Below are positions 1-10,555 of a stretch of DNA of 64,000 nucleotides, in pieces. Position numbers and translations under genes: made by a program. This stretch comes from a virus, in IMG/VR virus record IMGVR_UViG_3300008255_000003, positions 1 through 64,000 of that record. The stretch is one strand, 5' to 3'. Position 1 is the first letter of the stretch; every line of letters starts with the position of its first letter. The notes beneath the pieces were generated by a model. It ran no database searches. It was given only the letters and a program-made list of their open reading frames with translations, and was not told the origin of the DNA.

Positions 1-10
1 GAGGTGCATC

Positions 11-817
11 ATGGGCGTACTTAGTTTAATTGAGAGCTATATCACTGAGGATTATATTCGTGGATCTGAGCGCTTGCTTAGGCTCTTAAAAGAGCTTGGT
101 GCAAGTGGTGGCCAGCCATTCCCTATGGTCTTGCCGATATTTGAGGAGTATGTCGGTTATGCCGTGAGCGGCTATAAGGCTAACGCCCTGCCCATCTTAA
201 AGGCTGAACGTGAGTTTATGGTCATATCGTCAAACTACAGCATGCTTGGCAACACCAACCCTGGCTTTGAGAGTGGTGAGACTTATGACATCTTTAAGAG
301 TAATATGTGGTCGCCTTCCGAGGTGTCATTTGATGATCGTGAAGACCAGCGCAAGCTGGCTGCAATGGCGAGAAAGATCGGAGAGCGCACCAACTGGCAT
401 CCTCAAAATCTGAATCGACAGGTTAAAGAGTTGGTCGATTGGATCAATGAGTCTACCACTGAGGTCAATGGTGTAGCCAGGGCATTACTTGGCGTCAAGT
501 ATCCTAAAGATGCGAATGTTGTACTTAGGACTGAGTTGCTTGATCATCCCCATATCTTGGTGACGCGGGATGAGTACATGCGACAACATCAGATGTGGTT
601 GAAGCGTGTCTATGCCCTGCCCAGCAGAAGCGAGCAGGAGCGCGCTAAGACTACTGGTGTGGTTGCTCGCGAGTCTGATCTCAAGCCAGGTTTTGATGTA
701 TGGGGCGATGTTATCAATATGGTGAGCGGAAAGATGAGCGTTTACTCGCTCTTTCTTGGTGAGGCATTAAAACCAAGCACAGTGTTTGGTTTGATCGACC
801 CTAAGTTTCACGTCTAA
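11..817 (+). CDS. Hypothetical protein with ESY leader (putative virion-internal protein)
   Basis: GAGGTG RBS; starts MGVLSLIESYITE; (Y)IRGSERL segment resembles the 9801/10556/11247 family. Confidence 0.75.
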   Translation: MGVLSLIESYITEDYIRGSERLLRLLKELGASGGQPFPMVLPIFEEYVGYAVSGYKANALPILKAEREFMVISSNYSMLGNTNPGFESGETYDIFKSNMWSPSEVSFDDREDQRKLAAMARKIGERTNWHPQNLNRQVKELVDWINESTTEVNGVARALLGVKYPKDANVVLRTELLDHPHILVTRDEYMRQHQMWLKRVYALPSRSEQERAKTTGVVARESDLKPGFDVWGDVINMVSGKMSVYSLFLGEALKPSTVFGLIDPKFHV

Positions 818-831
818 TCTGGAGCCTCAAA

Positions 832-1200
832 ATGCTTAAGGGCTTATCGTTCCCAGTGAAGATGACTGCCAATGGCAGGCTTAAGACGACACAAGGCGCA
901 GATCGCATCGCGTCGTCTATGAGTCTTCTGTTCAGTCAGAATGGTGGTGACAGGCCCTATTCGCCAACCAATGGCGTCAACATCTTCAAGTATGTATTTG
1001 AAGATGTTGGACCTTTTGAGGCTGGCAATGTTAGGCGCGAGATCACCCTAGCGGTAGCGAGGCATGAGCCAAGGGCTACGCTAGTTAACGTTTTTACAGG
1101 TGTCAGGGTAGAGGATGGCGAAAGGGTGTTTGATGTCGTCCCAGTGTGGTCATTTGATGGTAAGATGTTCGCGGGATTATACAGTAGGAGCGCTAACTGA
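832..1200 (+). CDS. Baseplate wedge protein, gp25/GPW-like
   Basis: GLSFP...DRI..S..LL....GDRPY.P..G....Y.FE...I..A..RHEPR pattern, 122 aa, directly upstream of the baseplate J-like gene. Confidence 0.85.
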   Translation: MLKGLSFPVKMTANGRLKTTQGADRIASSMSLLFSQNGGDRPYSPTNGVNIFKYVFEDVGPFEAGNVRREITLAVARHEPRATLVNVFTGVRVEDGERVFDVVPVWSFDGKMFAGLYSRSAN

Positions 1201-3440
1201 TGACGACTAGACTCTTTGCGGGTAAGGATTATGACCAGCTTGTGAGCGCGCTTTTGGCGCGCTTAAGGCTTAGGTTTCCATCCTACGATCTTGATGCTGA
1301 CGATGAGCCCATGAGGCTGCTTATTGATGCCATGTCATTTGGTCTTGAGCAGTCAAACTTTTTCATGGATGCGTCTGGTGCCGAGCGCTTCTTAGACACT
1401 GCCCAGCGCCCGTCCAGTGTTGCTAGGATTGTGTCTGAGCTTGGTTACAATCCTCACGGTGCTACTGCGTGCTCTGGCACGTTATCAGTAGGGATCACCA
1501 CGGCCCTGCCCTACTCGATCACGCTTCCGAGCGGCCTAGAGTTCACGTCAGACCGTGGACTGCCTTACACGCTCACTGAGGCCGTCACATGGGTTGCTGG
1601 TGAGACTGGCTTTAAGTCTCTTTCGTTATCTCAATCAGCATTGAGGAGCAGGACTTTTACATCTGACGGCCTGAACCTTCAACGCCTATCACTTGGCGGA
1701 CTAAGTGAAGACGAGCGCATATCCTATCAATCATTGACAGTGACTGTTGATGGTCAGGTGTGGACTGAGCGCGACGCATTCCTCGATACTGACACCAATG
1801 TGTATCGCGTGGCCTACACTGCTCAGCCAGTCTACGTTGAGTTTGGTGACGGCGTGGTCGGGACTGTACCGCCCGAGAGTGCATCTATTCAGATCACTTT
1901 TGGAGTGACTCGTGGGGAGCTTGGCGAGCTTTCGACGCCAGGTAGGATCACTGGCCTGGCAACTCCCCTTGTAGTAGCAGGGAATCAGGTTGATCTTGTC
2001 ATTGATAGCTCTACTGGCGTCATGAGTGGAGGATCGGCACCTGAAGTCAAATCTAGGACGAAAGCCCTTGCCCCCGCCTTTAGGCATTCTGATGGCGCAG
2101 TTTGCACTGATGCCGACTTTGCGGCGGTTGCAGGCTCTTACAGTCATGGGCTTTATGGCACCGTGGCTTCGTCGAGAGCTGTGTTGGCCACTTCGATTGA
2201 GAACGATCCTAAGAGTGCGGTGCTCTTGAGCCAGATCGGCTTTACGCTTAGCGATGCGAGCACTGTGGTTGACAGTATCAAGTCTGACATCAGTGCATTG
2301 TCGCTGAGTCTTGGTGATGACATTGCAGACCTCGACGCCTTGCAGGTTAGTCTTGATGCTTTTGTGGGGTCGGCGCAGTCGCTCCAGACGAGTATCGAGT
2401 CTGTGCGCACAAGCACTTCGACAATGCAGACAGGCATCGGCACCATAGATCAGCGCGCTGCTGACATCCAGACAGCGGCAAGTCTTGCCCAGACAGATGT
2501 TGCATTGGCTATCGCATCTAAGAACAGCCTGCTGTCGTCGCTAGTGTCCATTGGTGGCGGCGCAGGTACGGATGAGCTTACCACCGTGACCTATGATGCT
2601 TTAACTGCGCTCATTGGAAGCATAAGCAGCCTGCTGGATTCTGTGAATGCTAAGCTTCAAGGTGGTGGAGTTATCCAGTCTGGAGCTTCTGATGTGAGAT
2701 CTCAGTTGAGTTCAATCAGAAACTCAATCTCACTAATCAGGACGGATCTTGATGGTATTGAGGACAATCAGGCTCAAGCCAGGCTGGATGTCGCGGCGCT
2801 TACGGCACTCTCCACCGTGTTGTCTGGTGAGGTTGCATCTAACGACGCGATCGCTCTTAGGCTAGAGTCTGAGTTTAATGATCCTTGGTCTACTGTGTCT
2901 TCCTATGCGCTTGAGCTTAGGAGTCACCTTGACAACGTGTTCACTGACGACTGTGGCCCCAACCTTGTCTCCGTCGTGATCCTAGCGTCTGATGAAGATG
3001 GTTATTATGTGGCTCCGTCCATAGGGTTGCAGCGCGCGCTTGAGGAGTATTTGAGCGAGCGTAAAGAACCTAGTGTGCGCGTTGCCGTTGTCGATGGCTC
3101 AAGCCTGCTCATTAGCCCTAGGATCACCGTGGCATTTAGGGTGGTTCAGGGTTATGACCCTGTTAAGGTGAAGAACCTAGCTCAAGCTGAGATCTTCTCA
3201 CTGCATCGAGGCAGGACCGCTGGCATAGGCCTAGCGCTTGACGAGTTGTATGACGCCGTAAGAGAAGTTGAGGGTCTTAGTCGTGCTAACATTGTGATTG
3301 ATGGCTTTGATGGTGCCACCTTTGCGCTCGCCAGCATAGACTCAGATGGTAATCTTCTGCTGGGTCGTAGTGAGGTCATCACTAGGCCCACCGTAATTTA
3401 TGTGCGTGTTTTGCCTGATGGCAGTCGAGAGGTGATCTGA
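1200..3440 (+). CDS. Baseplate wedge protein (baseplate J / T4 gp6-like) with long helical insertion
   Basis: KDYDQL, FLDTAQRPSSV..LGY, V.V.V.G..W, VEFGDGVVG.VPP, SGGS.PE, VCT..DF and C-terminal VSV.I...P...L...L.EYL.ERK motifs. Confidence 0.85.
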   Translation: MTTRLFAGKDYDQLVSALLARLRLRFPSYDLDADDEPMRLLIDAMSFGLEQSNFFMDASGAERFLDTAQRPSSVARIVSELGYNPHGATACSGTLSVGITTALPYSITLPSGLEFTSDRGLPYTLTEAVTWVAGETGFKSLSLSQSALRSRTFTSDGLNLQRLSLGGLSEDERISYQSLTVTVDGQVWTERDAFLDTDTNVYRVAYTAQPVYVEFGDGVVGTVPPESASIQITFGVTRGELGELSTPGRITGLATPLVVAGNQVDLVIDSSTGVMSGGSAPEVKSRTKALAPAFRHSDGAVCTDADFAAVAGSYSHGLYGTVASSRAVLATSIENDPKSAVLLSQIGFTLSDASTVVDSIKSDISALSLSLGDDIADLDALQVSLDAFVGSAQSLQTSIESVRTSTSTMQTGIGTIDQRAADIQTAASLAQTDVALAIASKNSLLSSLVSIGGGAGTDELTTVTYDALTALIGSISSLLDSVNAKLQGGGVIQSGASDVRSQLSSIRNSISLIRTDLDGIEDNQAQARLDVAALTALSTVLSGEVASNDAIALRLESEFNDPWSTVSSYALELRSHLDNVFTDDCGPNLVSVVILASDEDGYYVAPSIGLQRALEEYLSERKEPSVRVAVVDGSSLLISPRITVAFRVVQGYDPVKVKNLAQAEIFSLHRGRTAGIGLALDELYDAVREVEGLSRANIVIDGFDGATFALASIDSDGNLLLGRSEVITRPTVIYVRVLPDGSREVI

Positions 3441-4291
3441 TGGCGTCTACGAACAGAATGAGACATCCTTATCCAGACCAGTATGCGACTGATTGGTGGG
3501 CTGACTTTAGGTCATTCGCAAACAGCCTAGACGCCGCAGACTTCGAGTCTAGGGATGATCGCTTGCTCATGATGGTCGGTGGCGGCACGGTGACTGTCAG
3601 CGCGTCTGGCGAGGTTGTTTGGACTGAGGACATTATCCTTATCCACGGCGTGACTGGAGCGACATGCACCATCGCGGCAGGGAGCCTTACCTTGCCCAAT
3701 GGCGGCATTGCCCATGCAACCGTTGCACGCGGCTCCACTGAGTCATACGTTAGTGCTTTGACTGTCACTCAGTCACTCACCCCACAGGGTGCATCAGTTG
3801 TCCCTATTTTTGCCAGGAATGGCAATCAAGTGTGGATGCGACAGCGCGGTGTGATCTCGGTGGGATCTGCTCTTGAGCGCGGCTTTGTGCCAGGTCAAGA
3901 CAAGCTTATAAGGCGGCTGCCTCTTGTTGTGAATCGCACTGAGGGCATAGAAAGTGTTGTCCTTGGAAGGGTGACGCTCAATTCTGATGATTATGATTTA
4001 GCGGGTGCGTTGTCCTTGGGTTTTGACCTTGTGGTCGAGTCTCAAATCACCACCTTGGGGCAGACGGCCAACCTGTCATTTCACAATGTCACTGGAGCCC
4101 CGGTCTTAATCACGGACTTCACTCAATCGAGCCTAACGCCCACGATTAATACGGTGACGTTTGTGCCGCCACTGGGGACAAGTCAGACGTTTGAGTTAAG
4201 GGGCGGGCTTGATGCCCTAGGCGGACCATACCTGCCTACCGATCTATTGCAGGTCTGGCAGGCTTATATCAAGATCACTAACACCTACTGA
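3440..4291 (+). CDS. Hypothetical virion/baseplate-associated protein
   Basis: Translationally coupled (TGATG) within the baseplate operon; beta-rich composition. Confidence 0.6.
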   Translation: MASTNRMRHPYPDQYATDWWADFRSFANSLDAADFESRDDRLLMMVGGGTVTVSASGEVVWTEDIILIHGVTGATCTIAAGSLTLPNGGIAHATVARGSTESYVSALTVTQSLTPQGASVVPIFARNGNQVWMRQRGVISVGSALERGFVPGQDKLIRRLPLVVNRTEGIESVVLGRVTLNSDDYDLAGALSLGFDLVVESQITTLGQTANLSFHNVTGAPVLITDFTQSSLTPTINTVTFVPPLGTSQTFELRGGLDALGGPYLPTDLLQVWQAYIKITNTY

Positions 4292-4299
4292 GGCGCGCG

Positions 4300-4779
4300 A
4301 TGACCCTTCCATTTACTGTCGCCACTAATGTCTATCAGAACGTTGTAATCAGGCACATCTTGGAGGCCGGGTTTAACTTCGATGCTGAGCTGCCACCTGG
4401 CAATGGCGAGCGCCAGTCAGCTCTTAATAGTAGCGTGGTGATCTTCAACGGCGTGACCAAGGGCGGTCTTATGTCGTTTGGTGGTGACTACCGTAAGCTC
4501 AAGTGGTTGAGTTTAAGCTTTCAGGATGCAAGTTCATGGGAGTTTGGGGTGATGAGGTCTATCAGTGAAAGCATCACTGATGAGCTAAAGCTCTACGATT
4601 CAGTTACGCACGCATCAGATCCTAGCCCTATGGCCATATCGACACCTACAAGGGTAGCGCTGAGGATCACTGAGGGCTTTGATATTCATCCTGGCGACAA
4701 GGTGTTTTTCAGGACGGCAGGTGCTACCGCGCAGCTTTTCGCTGAGGTTCTAGCTTACCCAGTCTTAGACCCGAGTTGA
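4300..4779 (+). CDS. Hypothetical protein in baseplate operon
   Basis: Fills the gap between neighbours with 3-8 nt spacing. Confidence 0.6.
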   Translation: MTLPFTVATNVYQNVVIRHILEAGFNFDAELPPGNGERQSALNSSVVIFNGVTKGGLMSFGGDYRKLKWLSLSFQDASSWEFGVMRSISESITDELKLYDSVTHASDPSPMAISTPTRVALRITEGFDIHPGDKVFFRTAGATAQLFAEVLAYPVLDPS

Positions 4780-4782
4780 TCT

Positions 4783-6228
4783 ATGGACTATGGATTTGGA
4801 ACATCGCCTTTTGGGCTTAATCAGTTTGGCCGTGCAGACAGCGCGCAGGGGGCGGTCTGGTTTAGATCTATACCCCAGTCGGTGCGCCTTCAAGACGCTG
4901 AAGAGTCTGGCGATCTTGAGGCCCTTATTAGTCCGTTCATTGATGAGCTAAGACGCATTCACACCAACTCCGTCAGCGAGATGCTTGATGGTCTTAGCGC
5001 GGTTACGGCAAGGGCGTCTTCTGAGCATCGACTGACCCTTGCCGTGTCTTCGGTGGTGAACGACCCCGGCACTACGATCAAGCGGGTGATCCTCACTGAC
5101 ACGCCTGGCAACAAGGCTGCGTTGCTTGAGATGTGGCCAGCCTCAAAACCAACAACCTCGTTTGGTGTTATAGATGGCTGGAGGGCGCTGATAGACTCCT
5201 CACTCTATGTCATCACGAAGGTTAGGGCTGATGAGCTTTATTTTGAGGTTAGGACAACGCAAGACATCGCGTCTGAGATCACCGTGCAGCCTCCTGATCT
5301 TTTGAGTCTGTTAGGCGCAGCTAGGGGGATGATTGTTGACCGTCAAGACCCTGTGCCCTTCACAAGGCGAGCGCTCTACAGGCACACACTCATAAGAGAT
5401 CTGAAGGTGTGCGCTAGGCTATTCAGACTTATAGGTTTGCTTTATGGCCTTGTGTTTGAAGTGAGTGCGCTCTATTGCATCAGTCTCGACTGGTACAACG
5501 CAATCGTAGCATCAAGCCCAGCCAATGCTTTTGAGATACCCCAAGGCAGCGGCCACTATTACACCGACCTAGTGCCATACGGGATCTTCTTTGATGAGAT
5601 CCCAGCAGACGTTGTGCCGCTCGATACTTCTGAGGATGTTGATTTTAGCCTTGAGGTTACAGTAGCCACGAACACCACTGGGAACACATGGTGTTTGGAT
5701 GTTGCTGTGGCCGACAGGGGCAAGCTGCTCAATATCCTCAAGCTAGGCCACTGGTCATTCATAGACGCTGACGGTAACGCCTACTGGATAGAGTCTGTTG
5801 ACGCCTCGGTGGGCTTTCAGTTCTGCGTCTTATCGCTTGGTGCTCCGACGTTAGGGGTTGGCACGCTCCGACTTAAGGTTAGGGAGGTCTGCCCGCCTGG
5901 ATATAAGGCGGCAGCAGCCTATCGAATTGTTATCACGCCTGGTGAGGTTCTGACCGTAGCTGGCGCCGATCTGGCCAGGGTTTACAGTCGCGCCGAAGAG
6001 AAGATCAACTTCTACACCCCGACTCATATCAGGCTCTTATCTCTAGTGTTTACAGCTCGCCAGTCAAACACCATCAGTGCTATTGCGGGCGTGTCAGGTC
6101 AGGATACTATCAACGATGGGATCATTGTCCCTGTCTTTGAGACGGAGACGTTTGATGCAGTTGCGGCAGATGCCCAACCGTTGGATACTGGTGCATTCGT
6201 AGTCATTCTGACATCTACAATCACATAA
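4783..6228 (+). CDS. Baseplate wedge protein (P2 gpI / gp7-like, tentative)
   Basis: L.LLGA.RG...D...P..F.R; ..I..Y.PTHI.L near the C-terminus; position after the J-like gene. Confidence 0.55.
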   Translation: MDYGFGTSPFGLNQFGRADSAQGAVWFRSIPQSVRLQDAEESGDLEALISPFIDELRRIHTNSVSEMLDGLSAVTARASSEHRLTLAVSSVVNDPGTTIKRVILTDTPGNKAALLEMWPASKPTTSFGVIDGWRALIDSSLYVITKVRADELYFEVRTTQDIASEITVQPPDLLSLLGAARGMIVDRQDPVPFTRRALYRHTLIRDLKVCARLFRLIGLLYGLVFEVSALYCISLDWYNAIVASSPANAFEIPQGSGHYYTDLVPYGIFFDEIPADVVPLDTSEDVDFSLEVTVATNTTGNTWCLDVAVADRGKLLNILKLGHWSFIDADGNAYWIESVDASVGFQFCVLSLGAPTLGVGTLRLKVREVCPPGYKAAAAYRIVITPGEVLTVAGADLARVYSRAEEKINFYTPTHIRLLSLVFTARQSNTISAIAGVSGQDTINDGIIVPVFETETFDAVAADAQPLDTGAFVVILTSTIT

Positions 6229-6260
6229 CATGCAACCGTTGCATGGTTAGGAGATAGAAA

Positions 6261-6797
6261 ATGGCGTTTAGGGCTGTATTTACAGACAATGGCCGTGAGT
6301 TCATGGCGCGGTTTAATGCCCGTTATACTGAGTGGTATGATTGGGGCTATCGCATGTTCTATGACGCAAGGTGGGGCGAAGGTGGATATGAGACGGTCAG
6401 TGGCGTCTTGGTGCCCAAAGACCCGTCTGCATTTGCTTCAGCGAACAACCTCCAAGTTGTCTTAGACGCGCCGAGCTATCCAGACTTCAACGCCTACTCC
6501 ACACCACCTGGCACGATCTTGATCGATCAGCTCACGGAGATCTTTTACCTCGGCGGAGGCAACAGGACGATGCGGGTGCGCGGCCACTTGGATACTGGCG
6601 ACGAGAATGACGACGGCACTGGCAACAGCCCGCACTTCTTTGAGTGCGGCATCTTTGACAATGCTTATGACATCTTGCAGGTGCGCACTGAGACTGGCGT
6701 AACGGCTAACAACCTAATGTTTTACGGCACTTTTGATGAGGTCGTTAAGACAATCACAAGACAACATGACGTAGACTTTGATACTAACTTCAAGTGA
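6261..6797 (+). CDS. Tail-fibre collar / baseplate-like protein
   Basis: GGAG RBS; N-terminal A..TD.GRE and C-terminal ECGIFD...MFY.TF..V.K pattern; precedes the tail fibre. Confidence 0.45.
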   Translation: MAFRAVFTDNGREFMARFNARYTEWYDWGYRMFYDARWGEGGYETVSGVLVPKDPSAFASANNLQVVLDAPSYPDFNAYSTPPGTILIDQLTEIFYLGGGNRTMRVRGHLDTGDENDDGTGNSPHFFECGIFDNAYDILQVRTETGVTANNLMFYGTFDEVVKTITRQHDVDFDTNFK

Positions 6798-6805
6798 GGC
6801 CATAG

Positions 6806-9700
6806 ATGACAGTCTTAATCGACACAGCCATATCTAATGCAAAGGGCAAGGCGCGTTGGCTTGAGCCTTACACAAGCGAAGCTCTTAACCGTCAGATGTA
6901 TAACCAAGGTAACTGGGGTATCAGGGAGGGGTTTAACTTGGTGCCGACCTCTGGTTTGAATGTGAAGCTCCAGTATGACCCTTCTACATCAAGATCAGTT
7001 GCCAACGTCCCTGACAGACTCAAGCAGTTATGCTTTGCATTTGTTGAGGATGCCGAACCTACGTTCGACCTCACGGCTTATGCTGGGCAGCGAGTCTACA
7101 TCCTTCTCTACGTCAACTATACGATCGGTGCCGCGTCAGCGTATTCTTATCGCGTAGTCAATGCCGCTGAGCTTGTTAACTCGTGGGTCCAAAGCGCCAT
7201 TATGCTTGGTTCTGTTCGCGTTCCTGGCGTAGGTGCTATCGCTCAGAAAGACATCGATCTTGGGCAAACGCTTTACATCGGCGCGGGCTCAAACGGGTCT
7301 AAGGAATGGGTCAAGTGCAACACTAACCCAGAGTTTGATCGTGGCCTTGCTGGTTATGAGCTTACGGGTTCAAGTGTGGCTGGTGCCTTCGAGCTTCGTT
7401 CCTTGGTGAGTCCTGGCTATATCGGCGCTGACGCGCTAGGTCTTGGGGAGTCAACGGGGGCATCAACACTTGGGATGCGCAGCGGCATCAAAGTTGTCGT
7501 TCCAAGCTCCAAGGCTGGTGATAAGATCCTTGTAAGGTTCTGGGCTAAGTCTTCACTCGTCTCAGGGGCTCAGCTTAACCTTAAGATTGATGGTGGTGCG
7601 CTCTTTAACTCAGTGATGCTCGCTGCCGATCAGGCGTCATTTGATAGCTATGGCGTCTTAGTGACAGTGCCTGCCGATGCTAGATCTGTTGACGTCGATC
7701 TTGAGGTTGTGTTTCCTGCCGCAGGTAATACTGGCGCTTTTGTTGTGGATAGCTTTGAAGTCCTCAAGCTTAGGCGTTCTGTTCACGACGGTAACGCGCC
7801 TTTGCTTGTTGGTGCTCGCGAGTTCTCAGTTGGAGCCGCCACCAATAACAAACCGAGCATCATCAAGGCCAATGCTGGTAGCATGTCATTGAAGGCTGGC
7901 AACTCAAGCCTTGCACTTGAGCTTACTGAGACTGGCTACACTGAGCCGCCTAACGCACAAAGCGCGATGCGCCTTCTAGGCAGGGCTTACAATACGACTG
8001 AGGCTCTTAACAACGCATTCCCAGAGCATTGCTTCGGCGGGATTGTGACGCGAGCTAGCGCAACCACGGTAGACGTGTCTGGCGATTACATCAGGGCCGT
8101 CAACTCTGCATCTAAGCCTGATGAATCCATGTGGTTTGATGCGACTGGCGTTAATGGCTTGGCTGTACCCACGACTGGCGATGGTGTGTTGATCGTCTAT
8201 GAGCCTGAAGAGGCTGTTGAGGCTAACCGATACAAAGCCCTTGATCTTGGTGTGACCGCCTTCATCCTTGGTCGATATACGCTTCTCGCTTACGTCTACT
8301 ATGACCCTATCGCCACAGACATCACGCAGGTGATCGATCTGAGGTATAGCGCTGAGCGTGAGCATAGGAAAACTAGGCTGGTGGTGGGGTCTGCACCTGA
8401 CTCGTCAAGCAATATGTCATTAGCTGGTGCGCTCAAGCTGTGTGAGATTGCTTCAACTCGCAACTACGCTACGCAGTTTGAGATCATCATCAGGGGCGCG
8501 CTCACGCTCACTGAGCAGGTGGTTATCCCATCCAACGTCACCATCAGGGGTGAGACTACGGGCGCATCGAAGGCTATCGTTACGCTGCCGGATCTAAGCC
8601 CGGACCCTGTGTTTGATCTCAAGGATGCTGCTGGCGTTACGATTGAAGATGTCACCTTCCAGCCTGCTACGGCGACCGGGGTGTCTGTTATTGCGTTTGG
8701 AAGCTCCACAGGCTCACCATCGAACCTTATGATGCGCCGATGTAACTTTGAGGAGAACGGCTCTAACGCCTTTAGCTCAATCCTCAAGCTGGATGGTTCT
8801 ATCACTGATGGTTTATTTGGCGATCTTAGGCTCAATGGCTGTCACTTCCATCATCGTGACAAGGGTATCGTCTTTGGCAGTTCATTCACTGGCCCTAATA
8901 ACGTTGAGATCACCAACTGTCGATTCACTCCAGATCTTGAGGGCGCGCCCTGTGTCCCGCTTGAGATCAGGGCCAACCCTGGAACCAACTCACTCAAGGC
9001 AAACCGAGTACTCATTGAGGGTTGCCGTTTTGGCAGTTGTATCAGCGGGCTGGTGTTGGTTGGCCCAGTGGAGATTAGAGGGTGCGTCTTAAGCTGCCCC
9101 GTCTACTACACAACGGGCTCCATTCTGACACAGCGACTCACGATCACTGACACCGTGTTCGACTTCAACCACTTTACCACCGCGTTCCCGCTATATGCGA
9201 TCAGCATTGGCGGCACGTCTACGCTCAATCTTAAGATCAGCTCTGTTGAGATTAAGTGGACGGCTGTGTCGGTTAGGGGTACGTCCACACTCAGGGCTAT
9301 CAATATCAACATGGGATCGTCTGTACTAATGCGCGTGTCGATCAATGACACCGACATTGACTTCGATCCTGGCAACGTTGGATTAACGTCAACATCTGTT
9401 GGCATCTACATCAACAATGCGGCGGTCACTAGCTCGATCATCCTGTCAGGCTTGCGACTTAGGAGCTTCGAGTCTGCTGGTAATACGCTGACCACCGGCA
9501 TTGCGCTTGTGTCTGCCAGTAACGCGCTGATAAGCGGCCTTCACTGCTCCGGCTGCGCCAACCAGAAGGCTGTCACGTTTGACGCATCATCGGATGACAA
9601 CGTGCTCAATAGTGCTTTTGTGAGGCAGGCTGGAGCGGGCATTGGTTATACTAATGGCGGCGCAGGTAACGTCACAACTAACGTCAGCGTCTTCACTTAA
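6806..9700 (+). CDS. Tail fibre / tailspike with carbohydrate-binding-like module and C-terminal right-handed beta-helix
   Basis: NPEFD..L.GY...V.VRFWAKS jelly-roll-like segment; SNVTIRGE, VTIEDVTF, ITNCRF, IEGCRF, ITDTVF beta-helix rungs. Confidence 0.7.
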   Translation: MTVLIDTAISNAKGKARWLEPYTSEALNRQMYNQGNWGIREGFNLVPTSGLNVKLQYDPSTSRSVANVPDRLKQLCFAFVEDAEPTFDLTAYAGQRVYILLYVNYTIGAASAYSYRVVNAAELVNSWVQSAIMLGSVRVPGVGAIAQKDIDLGQTLYIGAGSNGSKEWVKCNTNPEFDRGLAGYELTGSSVAGAFELRSLVSPGYIGADALGLGESTGASTLGMRSGIKVVVPSSKAGDKILVRFWAKSSLVSGAQLNLKIDGGALFNSVMLAADQASFDSYGVLVTVPADARSVDVDLEVVFPAAGNTGAFVVDSFEVLKLRRSVHDGNAPLLVGAREFSVGAATNNKPSIIKANAGSMSLKAGNSSLALELTETGYTEPPNAQSAMRLLGRAYNTTEALNNAFPEHCFGGIVTRASATTVDVSGDYIRAVNSASKPDESMWFDATGVNGLAVPTTGDGVLIVYEPEEAVEANRYKALDLGVTAFILGRYTLLAYVYYDPIATDITQVIDLRYSAEREHRKTRLVVGSAPDSSSNMSLAGALKLCEIASTRNYATQFEIIIRGALTLTEQVVIPSNVTIRGETTGASKAIVTLPDLSPDPVFDLKDAAGVTIEDVTFQPATATGVSVIAFGSSTGSPSNLMMRRCNFEENGSNAFSSILKLDGSITDGLFGDLRLNGCHFHHRDKGIVFGSSFTGPNNVEITNCRFTPDLEGAPCVPLEIRANPGTNSLKANRVLIEGCRFGSCISGLVLVGPVEIRGCVLSCPVYYTTGSILTQRLTITDTVFDFNHFTTAFPLYAISIGGTSTLNLKISSVEIKWTAVSVRGTSTLRAININMGSSVLMRVSINDTDIDFDPGNVGLTSTSVGIYINNAAVTSSIILSGLRLRSFESAGNTLTTGIALVSASNALISGLHCSGCANQKAVTFDASSDDNVLNSAFVRQAGAGIGYTNGGAGNVTTNVSVFT

Positions 9701-9800
9701 GGTTGGCTTTGGTTCTTAAAAGATGGTGACTGCCGGGGTCGTTCTGATAGTTTAAGGGACATGCAACGGTTGCATGTCCCTTAAACTTATGAGGTGTAGG

Positions 9801-10538
9801 ATGGCTATTTTAGATCTGGCCGAAGCTTATGTTGAAAACTGGTCTGGCGTCACTAATGCCAAGCATTATCGAGGCGGATCTGAGCTTGAGCAAGCGGCTA
9901 AAGATGTCTGTGATTGGCTGCAAAGGATAGATGTTGAGGTGCTTTCTGGCTCCGATCTTCGTGACTACGCTGATGCCTTCCATAGGGTTAGCATATTCCT
10001 AAAGAGGGCAGTGGAATCCAAGAGGTCACTCGTGTTCGATCGCGTGTACCGCCTAGGCCAACTTAAGACCGCTCTTGAGGTTTACGCTACAACTTATGAG
10101 GGTGTTGACAGCCGTGACCAAAGGTCGGTTGAGAATCGTATAAAAACATTGGTGCTCAGGATTGATGAGATCCTATCCTGGGACATTAAGAAAGAGATGG
10201 ATCGTCAGGTGCATATAGTGTCCGAAGCCTCCAGGGGCTTTAGTGTCATGGCTGGCAATATCCTTGGCGGTAGGTTTTCAGCCGTGCCCAAGGATGGCAG
10301 GGACACATGCCTTAATGTCCTCAATGTGGTGACAACGATTAGCCTTGCATCTAAGGATCTTATCAGCGACATTCTGCCAGACCTTATCAGCAGTGTGACT
10401 AACGGCACTGTTAAGGCTGAGGAGTTGAAGGCGGCTGATCGCTGGCTCCAAACCTACAACCCTGGTAGGTCTATTGAGATTGAGACATCGAATGTTAAGT
10501 ATGAGATCAAGCGATTCATCTCATCATTTAGACCATAA
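9801..10538 (+). CDS. ESY-leader protein, helical family A
   Basis: Start moved to ATG 9801 (GAGGTG RBS; the ORF-track start lies inside the dyad); MAILDLAEAYVE. Confidence 0.75.
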   Translation: MAILDLAEAYVENWSGVTNAKHYRGGSELEQAAKDVCDWLQRIDVEVLSGSDLRDYADAFHRVSIFLKRAVESKRSLVFDRVYRLGQLKTALEVYATTYEGVDSRDQRSVENRIKTLVLRIDEILSWDIKKEMDRQVHIVSEASRGFSVMAGNILGGRFSAVPKDGRDTCLNVLNVVTTISLASKDLISDILPDLISSVTNGTVKAEELKAADRWLQTYNPGRSIEIETSNVKYEIKRFISSFRP

Positions 10539-10555
10539 TCAATAGGAGGTTTAGG

